From: an uncultured bacterium
GTDB lineage: Bacteria; Patescibacteriota; Minisyncoccia; UBA6257; 2-01-FULL-56-20
Reading direction: 5' to 3'
Length of the DNA stretch: 64,000 nucleotides
Assembly: GCA_963807165.1 (NCBI GenBank)
Contig: CAWDZM010000004.1
Coordinates: forward strand, 2,670-66,669
This document shows positions 48,311 through 58,322 of this stretch, piece by piece. A model generated the notes under the pieces. The model was not told the DNA's origin. It did no database searches and was given only the letters and a program-made list of their open reading frames with translations. The position numbers were made by a program, and so were the translations under genes. Positions within the stretch are counted from its first letter, which is position 1. Every line of letters begins with the position of its first letter.

Positions 48311-48369
48311 TGCTTCGAAATATATCTACTCAGTGAAATATTCAGACAGATCTCTGGGTTGGAGGGGAG

Positions 48370-49299
48370 TTAGTTTACGGCGCCGGATTGAAGGAATTTC
48401 TGTGTGCTGAAGTCTGGACCCGTAATAAGTCCCTCGTTGAGGGGCATCGGAATCGACTTCGGCTTCGACGTCGGTTCAGGCGAACTCGGTTTCTTGAGAC
48501 CCAATATCCCTGCCGCATGTTTGGGCAAATCTTCAAGTCTCAAAGTTTTTTCTTCGCCGTTGTAGTAGACTCTGGGGAATTGATTCTCCAGGGGCTTACT
48601 CGTATCGAAGACCGCGATGTATCCGCTCACTTCTCCACCTTCCCCGAAACCCTTTTGAGGGTTCTTGGGTAGGTCGTACGTGAATGGAACGCGGTGATCG
48701 CCGTTCGGATCCTTTTCCAGTAATTCCTGGCAGGTTTTCCTTAGCCCGATCACGCCTAGGTACACTATTCCCTTCGGTGCGCTTTCAACCTTCGCGAGGC
48801 GTTGCTTTAACTCTTCGACGGTCTCGCGATGGTGGCTCGCCTCGATCTCCGCATGTTTGCGGATTTTTTTCAGCAGGTACCATACGCCGAAGCCGGTTGC
48901 GAGTGTCAGAAGTAATACGGTTATCGTGACAATCGCCACAGTCGACCAAAGAGCCGACGTGGTTGCTTTTGTCCCGGCAATCGATTTTTCGAGAGATTTC
49001 TCAGTGCTTCTGGTTGTCTGGATGGCATCGTCCTGCTCGGACTGATGGTCCGCGATGGCGCCAGCGAGTTTGGCTTGGCCATCCTTGATGCTTTTAACGT
49101 CGCTCTTCACGCCGTCGATCTTGCCATTCACAGTTCTGAGCTGGCGCCCCAGCACCTTTTGCTGGGACTTCACCGACTGCAAATCCTGTTGTGTGACAGG
49201 GGCCGATGAGTTGATGTTGCTGTTTTGGGCGCTGACGAGGGTTGAAGAACCCATCGTCAAGAGGAGGAGCGTAAGCAAAGTGCTGACGATGTTTTTCAT
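48370..49299 (-). CDS. Exported coiled-coil membrane protein
   Basis: Signal peptide (..LVSAQ), heptad coiled coil, internal TM, cytoplasmic domain. AAGGAG SD. Confidence 0.75.
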   Translation of the reverse strand: MKNIVSTLLTLLLLTMGSSTLVSAQNSNINSSAPVTQQDLQSVKSQQKVLGRQLRTVNGKIDGVKSDVKSIKDGQAKLAGAIADHQSEQDDAIQTTRSTEKSLEKSIAGTKATTSALWSTVAIVTITVLLLTLATGFGVWYLLKKIRKHAEIEASHHRETVEELKQRLAKVESAPKGIVYLGVIGLRKTCQELLEKDPNGDHRVPFTYDLPKNPQKGFGEGGEVSGYIAVFDTSKPLENQFPRVYYNGEEKTLRLEDLPKHAAGILGLKKPSSPEPTSKPKSIPMPLNEGLITGPDFSTQKFLQSGAVN

Positions 49300-49385
49300 G
49301 ACTCTCCTTATTCTGAACTTTGAATTTGACAACGTACTGCTCTTGTATTCGCAGGGGGCTTTCTCGGCCCCCAGCGAGTGAGGTA

Positions 49386-49414
49386 TATATATCATAGTTT
49401 AATTTAAATGTCAA
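49386..49414 (-). promoter_or_regulatory. Sigma70 promoter of the secreted three-gene operon
   Basis: Minus strand TTGACA-17 bp-TATATA with an extended TG. Confidence 0.6.
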
Positions 49415-49571
49415 CAGTCTGGACGCCCAAACCCTTGCATTTTTTCACTCTTTATGATATAACCAGGGGAGTTAGTTTTGTTCACATAGCACCTTGTCAA
49501 CCACATTTTTTTGGCTCTTTTACATTTTTTTAACTAAAGAGTCGAAAAAATAAATAACAATTAAATATCGA

Positions 49572-52500
49572 ATGAAAAAAATCATTCAGAAGAAATTATC
49601 CGTTGTGGCATTTCTTGGGGCATTTGCCTTGGGTTCCGTCATGATGGGAGGCAGTTTTTCTTCGGCTCCGATTGCGCACGCTGCAGGTCTTTCGTCTTGC
49701 TCCGTCGCCACTGCGATGTCCGATACCGTGAGCGATGCGAACCCAAAGACGGGCGAGACGATCACGTATACCTTGGAAGGTGCACCGGCATTCACCGCGT
49801 CGACAACCATCACGGTCACCGATACGTTGGGCACGGGGCTTACCTTCGTTTCCGAAACCCCTTCAGTGGGAACCTATTCCAGTTCTACTGGAACGTGGAG
49901 CGTGGGAACGTTGAACGGCGCTTCGTTCATCTCGCTTGCCATCACGGCAACGGTGAACGCGAATGCTACGGGAACGATCGTCAATACTCCGAGCATCAAT
50001 TATGTTCAGAGCAATTGCACGCAAAGTTCCGCGGCAGGATCGGCGACGATCACCATTCAGGCAGCGCCGGTAATCGTCACTCCGACGAGTACACCGACGT
50101 CAACCATCCCTTCTACTGCCGACCTCTCGATCAGCAAGACCGCTGATGTGACCTCGACAATCGAAGGTGGCACGGTAAATTATACGGTCACCGTGACCAA
50201 CCTCAGCAGCTCGACGACTTCAACTGACGTTGTTGCTACTGATACATTGCCTCTCGGACTTACGTTTGAAGATGCAACGGCTTCGGCCAGCACTTCATAC
50301 GCAAGCTCAACAGGCACGTGGACGATCGGCGAACTTTCGCCGAACTCTACAGCGACGCTTGATATCGCTGCGTTGGTGAATGCGAGTACCACCGGTACCA
50401 TCACGAATACCGCGACCGTCTCTGCGAGCACCACTGATTCGAACACCGCGAACAACAGTTCCAGCGCTTCGATCGTGGTAACGCCGAACGCGCCGAGCCC
50501 TTGTTCTTTGTCGGCCAGCGAATTTGAGGCTGACATAAACAACGGCACGATCATAGCAGGCAACATTGTGCTCAACAACGCGAGTGGCACTGCGTCGTTC
50601 ACCATCGTGAACGGCACTCAGTGCACCGCACCGATCAGTCTTGCGTCTTACAAAATGTTCGTCGCACCCGGAGGCCCGCAATGGCTTTCAGTGCAACAGC
50701 TTATTGATTCGACCTCGACCTCGGCGCTTTCTGCCAGTTCAACGACGACGTTCGTCGTGAATATCGCACCGTGCATGACCCAGGTAGACGCCTTTTATGG
50801 GCCGGTACCTGCCATGCCGCTCGTTGATAACACCGCACTCTATAACTATCCAAACGTTCCGTACTTACTCGCATGGACATGGACCAATACTCCTCTCTGT
50901 GCAGTAACCCCTTCCGCCGATCTCTCGATCAGCAAGACCGCTGACGTGACCTCGACGACCGAAGGCGGCACGGTCAACTACACCGTCGCCGTAAAGGACC
51001 TTGGTCCTGCGACATCGACCGATGTCATCGCGACCGATACCTTGCCCTCAACGCTTACCTTTGTTTCAGCAACTACGTCGGAAGGCTTCTACGCGAGCTC
51101 GACAGGAATCTGGACAATCGGTGACATGAGCGCAAGTTCAACCGCAACGCTTACCATCGCCGCAAAGGTGAACACGGGAACTGCAAGTTCTACGATCACG
51201 AACACGGCGTCGGTAGCGGAGTCCGCCAGCACCACCGATCCGAACCTCGCGAACAACAGTTCGAGCGTATCGGTGGCGGTGGCACCGAACGTGTGCACGG
51301 TTAATTGTGGAGGCGGCTCTACAAATGCCGACATCGCGATCGCAAAGATCGCTGATGTGACCTCGACCGTTGAAGGTGGCACTGTCCATTACGCGATCAC
51401 CGTGACCGCAAATGGTCCGCTTCCTTCGACCAACGTTGTAGCAACAGACACGTTGCCTTTGGGTTTGACGTTTGAGAATGCAACGGCTTCGGCCAGCACC
51501 TCGTACGCAAGTTCAACGGGCACGTGGACGATCGGCACACTTGGGCCGAACGCAACGGCGACGCTCGACATCGAGGCAACCGTGAATCCGAGCGCAAGCT
51601 CGACGATCACAAACACCGCGACGGTGAGCGAATCCTCGACGTTGACCGATACGAATCTGTCCAATAACAGTTCCTCGGTGACGGTCGTGGTGACGCCGAA
51701 CGTGTGCACGAGCGATTGCATAGGCGGCACGGATGCCGACCTTGCAGTTGCAAAGACGGTAGATAACGCGAACCCTGCGGTCGGCGATACGGTGCATTAC
51801 ACCGTCACCGTCACCGACAACGGTCCTGCGGAATCGACCTTCGTCCATGCGACCGATCAATTGCCAAGCGGATTGGGATTTGTTTCCGCAACCACATCGC
51901 AGGGATCATATAATATGACCACCGGCGATTGGAACATCGGAACGATCTCCCCGAACGCGACGGCAACACTGACCATGGCCGCGTTGGTTGAACCCGGCGA
52001 TGCCGGAGTTGCACTCGTGAACACCGCGAGCGTGGCTTCGCAGCTTAGCTCGTGGATCGACGGCAACCTTGCCAACAACAGTTCTTCGGTAACGGTCAAC
52101 GTTCAGTCGGCCGGCTGCACGAGTAACTGCGGCGGCGGGGGAGGGGGCGGTGGCGGCAGTGTTCAATCGAACATCGCCATCGTGAAGACGGTGGATGACA
52201 GCACTCCGGCAACGGGCGCGATCATTCATTACACCCTGACCGTGACCGATTCTGGTCCGTCCGATTCATTCGGCGTAACCGCATCGGACATATTGCCCGC
52301 AGGCGTCACCTTTGATTCAGCATCCTCTTCGGAAGGCTCCTACGTGAGCTCGACGGGGGTCTGGACGATCGGTGCAATCGCTGACGGACAATCCGCAACG
52401 CTTGTAATCACCGCAACGGTGAACGCAGCGGGCGGAACGACCATCACGAATACCGGTACTGTTTCTGAAAACCCAGGCATCATCAATGCAACGCCGGGGA

Positions 52501-52967
52501 ATGCTTCCTCGAGCGTGAGCATCACTGTTGCCGGTGGCAATGGAGGTGGTGGCGGTAACAACAGTGGTGGTGGAGGAGGCGGTGGCGAAGTGCTCGGCGC
52601 AAGCACGAGTACGGGCCAGGTTCTCGGCGCAAGCTGCGGACTCTACCTTACCTCTTACATCCATCCGTTCCGTCAGAGTCTGAATGACCCGACGCAGGTA
52701 AAGAAACTCCAAACGTTCTTGAATATGAACCTTGGATTGAACTTGCCGGTGACGGGCGTCTATAATGCGGCGACGATCGCCGCAGTGAATCAGTTCCAGG
52801 TGAAGTATCACATCGAAGTACTCGCGCCGTGGCTCCCGTTGGGACTCCCGACGCAGTTCACTCCGACCAGCTACGTTTATCAAACGACGCAGCGCTGGAT
52901 CAATCTCATCATGTGCCCGCCGCTCAACTTGCCGGTTCCGGCGTTGAAGGTGGACAATGGTGAATAA
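49572..52967 (+). CDS. Large surface protein with tandem DUF11 domains and C-terminal peptidoglycan-binding-like domain
   Basis: Repeated ADLSISKT..V.YTVTV.N..V..TDTLP.GLTF..WTIG.L units, Gly linkers, GEVLGAS/GQVLGAS motifs, VKKLQTFLN..TGVY..T.AAV.QFQ. Confidence 0.88.
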   Translation: MKKIIQKKLSVVAFLGAFALGSVMMGGSFSSAPIAHAAGLSSCSVATAMSDTVSDANPKTGETITYTLEGAPAFTASTTITVTDTLGTGLTFVSETPSVGTYSSSTGTWSVGTLNGASFISLAITATVNANATGTIVNTPSINYVQSNCTQSSAAGSATITIQAAPVIVTPTSTPTSTIPSTADLSISKTADVTSTIEGGTVNYTVTVTNLSSSTTSTDVVATDTLPLGLTFEDATASASTSYASSTGTWTIGELSPNSTATLDIAALVNASTTGTITNTATVSASTTDSNTANNSSSASIVVTPNAPSPCSLSASEFEADINNGTIIAGNIVLNNASGTASFTIVNGTQCTAPISLASYKMFVAPGGPQWLSVQQLIDSTSTSALSASSTTTFVVNIAPCMTQVDAFYGPVPAMPLVDNTALYNYPNVPYLLAWTWTNTPLCAVTPSADLSISKTADVTSTTEGGTVNYTVAVKDLGPATSTDVIATDTLPSTLTFVSATTSEGFYASSTGIWTIGDMSASSTATLTIAAKVNTGTASSTITNTASVAESASTTDPNLANNSSSVSVAVAPNVCTVNCGGGSTNADIAIAKIADVTSTVEGGTVHYAITVTANGPLPSTNVVATDTLPLGLTFENATASASTSYASSTGTWTIGTLGPNATATLDIEATVNPSASSTITNTATVSESSTLTDTNLSNNSSSVTVVVTPNVCTSDCIGGTDADLAVAKTVDNANPAVGDTVHYTVTVTDNGPAESTFVHATDQLPSGLGFVSATTSQGSYNMTTGDWNIGTISPNATATLTMAALVEPGDAGVALVNTASVASQLSSWIDGNLANNSSSVTVNVQSAGCTSNCGGGGGGGGGSVQSNIAIVKTVDDSTPATGAIIHYTLTVTDSGPSDSFGVTASDILPAGVTFDSASSSEGSYVSSTGVWTIGAIADGQSATLVITATVNAAGGTTITNTGTVSENPGIINATPGNASSSVSITVAGGNGGGGGNNSGGGGGGGEVLGASTSTGQVLGASCGLYLTSYIHPFRQSLNDPTQVKKLQTFLNMNLGLNLPVTGVYNAATIAAVNQFQVKYHIEVLAPWLPLGLPTQFTPTSYVYQTTQRWINLIMCPPLNLPVPALKVDNGE

Positions 52968-53042
52968 CCTTTTTCACGCACAATACCCCTGTACAAACAG
53001 GGGTATTGTGTTATAAGGGGGAATATGATATAATATAGCTAT

Positions 53043-54197
53043 ATGAAAAAGGCTCGCAGGGCATTTAAAAAATATTTCATTCCTCAGGAAGAGAACGAGA
53101 ATCGTCCGCACATATTGCGTCCGCAGATGATTGCGTTCGTCGTCATGGTGGTGCTCGTTGCGGAGTCCGCGTTTGTATTCGGCGCAAAGTATATCGCTCC
53201 GCAATCGAAGCTGTTCGGCATCGTTGAAGTGAACGCGCTTATTGATGAGACGAATCAGAATCGCGTGTCGAACGGATTGCCCGATCTTCAGGTGAGTCCA
53301 CTACTCCAGGCGGCGGCGCAGGCGAAGGCGAATGACGAGGCGACGCTTGGATATTTTGCGCACACGAGCCCGCAGGGACTCACGCCGTGGTATTGGTTCC
53401 AGCAGGTTGGATACAATTTTGATTATGCAGGAGAAAACCTTGCGGTAAATTTTTCTGACTCGCAGGATGTGACGACCGCGTGGATGAATTCGCCGGAGCA
53501 TCGCGCAAATATTTTGAGCGACAATTTTACGCAGATCGGCATCGCTACCGCGCAGGGCGTCTATAATGGTGAACCTACCACATTCGTGGTGGAGGAATTT
53601 GGCGCGCCCGCTCCGGCCGCATCGCCGGTGGCGTTTGTAGATACTGCGAATGCCGCGACGGCGCCGGTTGTTGTGCCAACGCCTGCGTCTACACCCGCAC
53701 CCGTCACTCATCCGTCCGCTCCGGTAAAGACCATCACACCTGCACCCGCGCCCGCCAAGAAATCGACTTTCGTCCAACCGGCGCCAGTGGCGCAAGTACC
53801 CGTTATCGTTGCGATGGAAAATGCTACCGACACGAATATGCAGCAGTCGTTCGTAGCAGTGAAAGGTGCTTCGACGCAGACCGTTCCGACGACGCCGGGT
53901 ACGGTGACGAACGTTGCGCTCTCGCCGACGACTGCGACCCCTCCGTTGCCGAGTGCTTCTCTTGCGCCACAGAGCAATGTCATACAGCGCATCCTCTCCG
54001 ATCCAAAAGCACTGGCAAATGATTTTTATCTTTTCTTAATGGTGCTCTTCCTGTTCGCGCTTGTACTGAATACATTTGTTAACATCCGCGTGCAATATCC
54101 GCGGCTTATCGCCGGCGGCCTCGTGGTTATTGTGGTCGCGGGGTTGTGCATTATTTTGAACCAGAACATCGGGTTTTTACACACGGTGATCTTATAA
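53043..54197 (+). CDS. CAP (SCP-like) domain membrane protein
   Basis: TNQNR, AAQAKAND, YFAHTSP, AGENLA and WMNSPEHRANIL motifs. Confidence 0.88.
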   Translation: MKKARRAFKKYFIPQEENENRPHILRPQMIAFVVMVVLVAESAFVFGAKYIAPQSKLFGIVEVNALIDETNQNRVSNGLPDLQVSPLLQAAAQAKANDEATLGYFAHTSPQGLTPWYWFQQVGYNFDYAGENLAVNFSDSQDVTTAWMNSPEHRANILSDNFTQIGIATAQGVYNGEPTTFVVEEFGAPAPAASPVAFVDTANAATAPVVVPTPASTPAPVTHPSAPVKTITPAPAPAKKSTFVQPAPVAQVPVIVAMENATDTNMQQSFVAVKGASTQTVPTTPGTVTNVALSPTTATPPLPSASLAPQSNVIQRILSDPKALANDFYLFLMVLFLFALVLNTFVNIRVQYPRLIAGGLVVIVVAGLCIILNQNIGFLHTVIL

Positions 54198-54257
54198 ATA
54201 AAAAAAAGGGCGCTTTCGATATGTTGAAAGCGTCCGTTGGTCTTTGTGGTCAATCAG

Positions 54258-54440
54258 CTATGCCGGCTTTTGCGATGTTTTTTGTTCATTCGCTCTGCGG
54301 ATAGATTCAGATACTTCTCTTTGCTGAGCTATGGCTTCGGCCGCGGTAGGAATGCCACTCGCAAGGCATCTTTGATAATCACGTCTACGTTCTTCGCTCC
54401 CAATCAACAGTGCGATTGGGGTAAGGGCGTCAGTGATCAT
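54258..54440 (-). CDS. Small hypothetical protein
   Basis: 60-aa ORF with AAGGAG SD and a TTCACA-17-TACAAT promoter. Confidence 0.5.
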   Translation of the reverse strand: MITDALTPIALLIGSEERRRDYQRCLASGIPTAAEAIAQQREVSESIRRANEQKTSQKPA

Positions 54441-54588
54441 GGTTAACTCCTTTAAGATATGGAATGTTTTGAGCTAGGATTATTGTAGCGAGAATAGAGC
54501 GATTTGTGAATATCCGTGCACTGGTTGCGGCGGTATTTTTTTTGCCGTAAGATTCAGACAACAATCCTCGCGTATATTACACACGGCA

Positions 54589-56411
54589 ATGCCATCGTCC
54601 ACCACGGAACTCATTAAAGGCAAGCTCGACATCGTGGATTTCCTCCGCGGCTATTTGACGCTCACGCCGGCGGGCAAAAACTTCAAGGCGCTCTGCCCGT
54701 TCCACAGCGAGAAGTCGCCGTCGTTCAGCATCTCGCCGGAGCGTCAGCGGTTCCATTGTTTTGGTTGTGGCGCGGACGGCGACATCTTCGGCTTCGTGAT
54801 GAAGTACGAGAACATGGAGTTCGGCGAGGCGCTGCGCATGCTCGCGGAAAAAGCAGGCGTGGAATTGAAGCACGAAAATCCTGCGGAGTATCGCTTTACC
54901 GGATTGCTCTATGACCTGAACGATCGCGCCAAGGATTTTTATAAACGCTCGCTCAGCGCCGCGCCGATCGTCAAGCAATATCTGGCGGAGCGCGGGCTGA
55001 CGCCAACGACTATAGAAGAGTTTGAGCTCGGATGGGCGCCGAACGAACCGGAGGCGCTGTCCATGCATTTGCTGAACAACGGCGCCGCGCCGCAGGATTT
55101 ATTGCAAGCGGGATTGTCTATTAAGACGGAGCGGGGGATGATGCTCGACCGGTTCCGCGGTCGCGTCATGTTCCCGATTCACAATCATCTTGGCAAGGTG
55201 GTCGGCTTTACCGGCCGCATCCTTCCGCAGTTCGATACGTCAAACGATCCGAAGGCCACGTACGTCACAGCAAAATATGTGAACAGTCCGGAGACGCCGA
55301 TCTTCCAAAAATCAAAATTGCTCTACGGATTTTGGAAAAGCAAAGACGCGATCCGCGAAGCGAAGGCCGCGGTGCTCGTGGAGGGCCAGATGGATTTTTT
55401 GATGAGCTACCAGAGCGGCGTGCGCAACGTGATCGCGTCGTCCGGCACGGCGCTCACCGCGGACCACTTGCGTTCAGTGCATCGCTTGGCGGACGAGATC
55501 GTGCTGTGTTTTGATCCGACGTTGCCGGTTCCGACGCCGCCGAGCGCGCGATCGACCTGGCCGAAGCGAACGACTTTGCGGTGAAGGTGGCGACGTACCG
55601 CGGTTTCAAAGACGCCGCCGAGGCGGCAAAGGCGGATCCGGCAAACGTGGCGCAGACGGTTGCCGCTGCAGTCTCCGCGCCCATATTTTATTTTGAGAAA
55701 TATTTACCGCCGGTCGGCGCCGGTGGTGCATCGTCCGATCCCAGTGCATTACAGACGCGGGAGGGTCTCAACAAGCTACGTACGGTGTTACTCAAGCTTC
55801 GCAACATCGCGAGCCCAGTGGAGCGCGATTATTGGATGAAGGAGTTGGCAAAGCGTACCGGTGTGGATGAGGCGACGCTCAAAGCAGAGGGAGAAAAATC
55901 TGCGACGGAGCAGTACGCATCGTCTAATGCCATTACTACAAACGCGACAGGCGGTGGTCAAGACGATCAAACCCCCAAGCGCCAAGTCTCACGACAGGAG
56001 CTCATCGCCGAAGATCTTCTCGCACTCGCACTCGCGCGCAACGATTTCGCGTTCATAGAAGAGTGCGTAACATTCTTTACTCCAACACAAAAAGAACTAT
56101 TCACTCTATTAAAGAGTGGCAAGCGAAAAAGCGATGATGCCGCACTCGACGCCATCGTGAACCTTATTGTACTACGCGACCCGACGGTTATCGGCGGACT
56201 TTCCGGCGAGGACCTTGCGGTATTAAAAGAGGGTCTTGCGAAGGAATATTATAAAGAGCGGCGGCACATCCTTTCGCTCGCAGTGCGCAATGCCGAGGCG
56301 CACGGGAATCAAGCTGAACTTAATGCCGCACTCGCGGAACTCACCAAGTTACCGGAGGAGGGGAGGGATAGGATTCGACCGAAAACGATATATATTTTAA
56401 AAATGTGTTAG
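54589..56411 (+). CDS. dnaG: DNA primase (apparent 1-nt deletion at ~55515)
   Basis: CPFHSEKSPSF Zn finger, DRFRGRVMFPI, KYVNSPET, VEGQMD, SGTALT. Toprim FD(S)DVAG is restored by +1 nt. Confidence 0.92.
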
Positions 56412-56440
56412 AAAGTTACTTTTTATGGACAATCTGAAGG

Positions 56441-57162
56441 ATGAAAAACCCTTTAAGTGACCTTTTAAACACTTTCCCCAATGCATACTCAAAAGTAAGA
56501 GTTGCTGTTTATGGTTTAAAGGCAGTGACCATTCGAATGCAAAAATGGGAACCGCATTTATGATTTCCCCGGGCATTTGAGTAACAGCGGCCCACCTGAT
56601 GCATAATGGCGATTTTACAAAGGCGAGACATACACAATTTTTGGTTATCAGGGCTCCCGAAATCGGAACAACCACCCTAGAAACTTGTACTTTTATAGCA
56701 GAGGATATTACGCGAGATATTGCTTTGCTTAAAATCGTGAACCCACGATCAAATTCTTCAGTGCAATTAGAAATATCAAAAATTCGCGTCGGGACATCTT
56801 GTGGCTCGATGGGTTTTCCACTATCAAATTTAAATGCCACAACCGGCGCTTTTGAATTAACCGAAAGATTTCAAGGAGCTAATATATCTGGATATCTTCC
56901 TTTAATTGCGGGGCAACCAAGATTTTCATACGAAACAGATTCCTTAATGTACCCTGGTTCTAGTGGTTCCCCTGGATTTCTTATTAACGGTAAAGTTTTT
57001 GGCTTACATAATCAGTCTCATCCGCATCAGGCTTTGCCAGGAGCAAATACAGCAACTGATAGAGTGGCAATTTCACGTTGGGTTCCCGCCGAGGACCTTG
57101 CTCTCTTTGCAAAAGATAATGGGATAGTTTTGAATAATACATATGAAACTAAAAGATCTTGA
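56441..57162 (+). pseudogene. Trypsin-like serine protease, disrupted 5' part
   Basis: GTAFMISPGI*VTAAH (His), DIALL (Asp), YPGSSGSP (Ser). In-frame TGA at 56578 plus a frameshift upstream. Confidence 0.7.
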
Positions 57163-57664
57163 TGAAGAGCGCGGGCGTATCATAGTACATTTATTGCGTA
57201 GAAACCGCAATAAGTATGATAATCGCGAAGCACTACTTAGGTAATTCTTCAAGCAAGAAGTTGATTTTCTCTTAAACGTACTAGGAAATGATCAATGCAC
57301 CTTTGCTTTTAAGAGAAACGTATTCATTCATATTTTGAGAGTGGATAATCTTAATGAGTCTTATATGGAAGAAATCAATAGATTGAATAATCTAAGGAAT
57401 ACATTTGCCCACCGACAGCACGTTACGTTTGATAATCCCCAAACCCAAGAGTCGGAGATTTATTTCACTAATCCTAAATTTCCCCTAGATAGAAGTAAAA
57501 ATATTTCAGCGGAAGATCTAAAAAAAGAATTTGATTCTCTTTGGCCCGACGTAATAAATTGGCTCTATAATATGGGACTTGCAAAGGGCATCCCTCTTCC
57601 CTCTGTTTCCAAACAAGATGCATTAAATACTCCGACTGGTACCCACGGGGAGGTTCAAGTATAA
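57143..57664 (+). pseudogene. HEPN-like protein (RxxxxH motif), frameshifted 5' part
   Basis: Helical RGRII..VETAISMIIAKHY..FLLNVL..TFAFKR..LNNLRNTFAH spread over shifting frames. RNTFAH lies at 57395-57412. Confidence 0.6.
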
Positions 57665-57700
57665 ATCTCGGCAAATAGTTTTTTTTGCTATCATATACCC

Positions 57701-58261
57701 ATGCGAAACATATTTCTTTTTATGATGGTGAGCGTGGACGGCTACTTCGAGGCGCCGAACCACGACCTGTCGTGGCACAACGTGGATGCGGAGTTCGAAG
57801 CGTTTGTGCACGAGCAGAACACGAGCGCGCTCATCGACACAATCCTGATGGGTCATCGGACGTACGACTTGATGGCGAGCGTGTGGCCGAAGCTGGAGGG
57901 GATGGAAATGGATCCGGAAACCGCGCTGTTCATGAACAAGACGCCGAAACTCATTGCGACAAACGCGCCGTTCACGCCGGAGTGGGAGCACACGAGCATC
58001 GTGAGCGGAAACGTGGTGGACGAGATCGCAAAACTCAAGGCCCAACCCGGCAAGGACATCATCATTCTGGGAAGCAACATACTGTGCGTGAGTCTTATGG
58101 AAAAAGATCTCGTGGATGAATTCCGACTGATGGTGAACCCGGTTGCGCTTGGCGATGGCACGCCGCTCTTTGCCGGACTCTCAAGGCGGGTAAAACTTAC
58201 GCGCACCAAGACCCACGAGTTCAAATCGGGGAATGTGCTGAACTATTATCGGAGGGCGTAG
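57701..58261 (+). CDS. Dihydrofolate reductase / RibD C-terminal family protein
   Basis: VSVDGYF, ILMGHRTY, GKDIIILGS and LVDEFRLMVNPVALGDGTPLF motifs. Confidence 0.88.
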   Translation: MRNIFLFMMVSVDGYFEAPNHDLSWHNVDAEFEAFVHEQNTSALIDTILMGHRTYDLMASVWPKLEGMEMDPETALFMNKTPKLIATNAPFTPEWEHTSIVSGNVVDEIAKLKAQPGKDIIILGSNILCVSLMEKDLVDEFRLMVNPVALGDGTPLFAGLSRRVKLTRTKTHEFKSGNVLNYYRRA

Positions 58262-58322
58262 GGAGCAAGTGCGTCCCTTGCAAATCGGTAATAAGTAGTC
58301 AGATAATAGCGTATATATTCTT

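Noticed and set aside
43486-49414. tRNA-Gly-anchored prophage or integrative island
   Set aside because: No integrase, phage genes or duplicated tRNA 3' end were seen.
55490-55590. Programmed frameshift in dnaG
   Set aside because: No clear slippery heptamer. The break falls inside the Toprim DxD motif, and similar indels occur elsewhere.
56570-56600. TGA recoding (genetic code 25) in the protease
   Set aside because: Long core genes contain no in-frame TGA and TGA ends other ORFs. The position expects a hydrophobic residue, so mutation or sequencing error is more likely.
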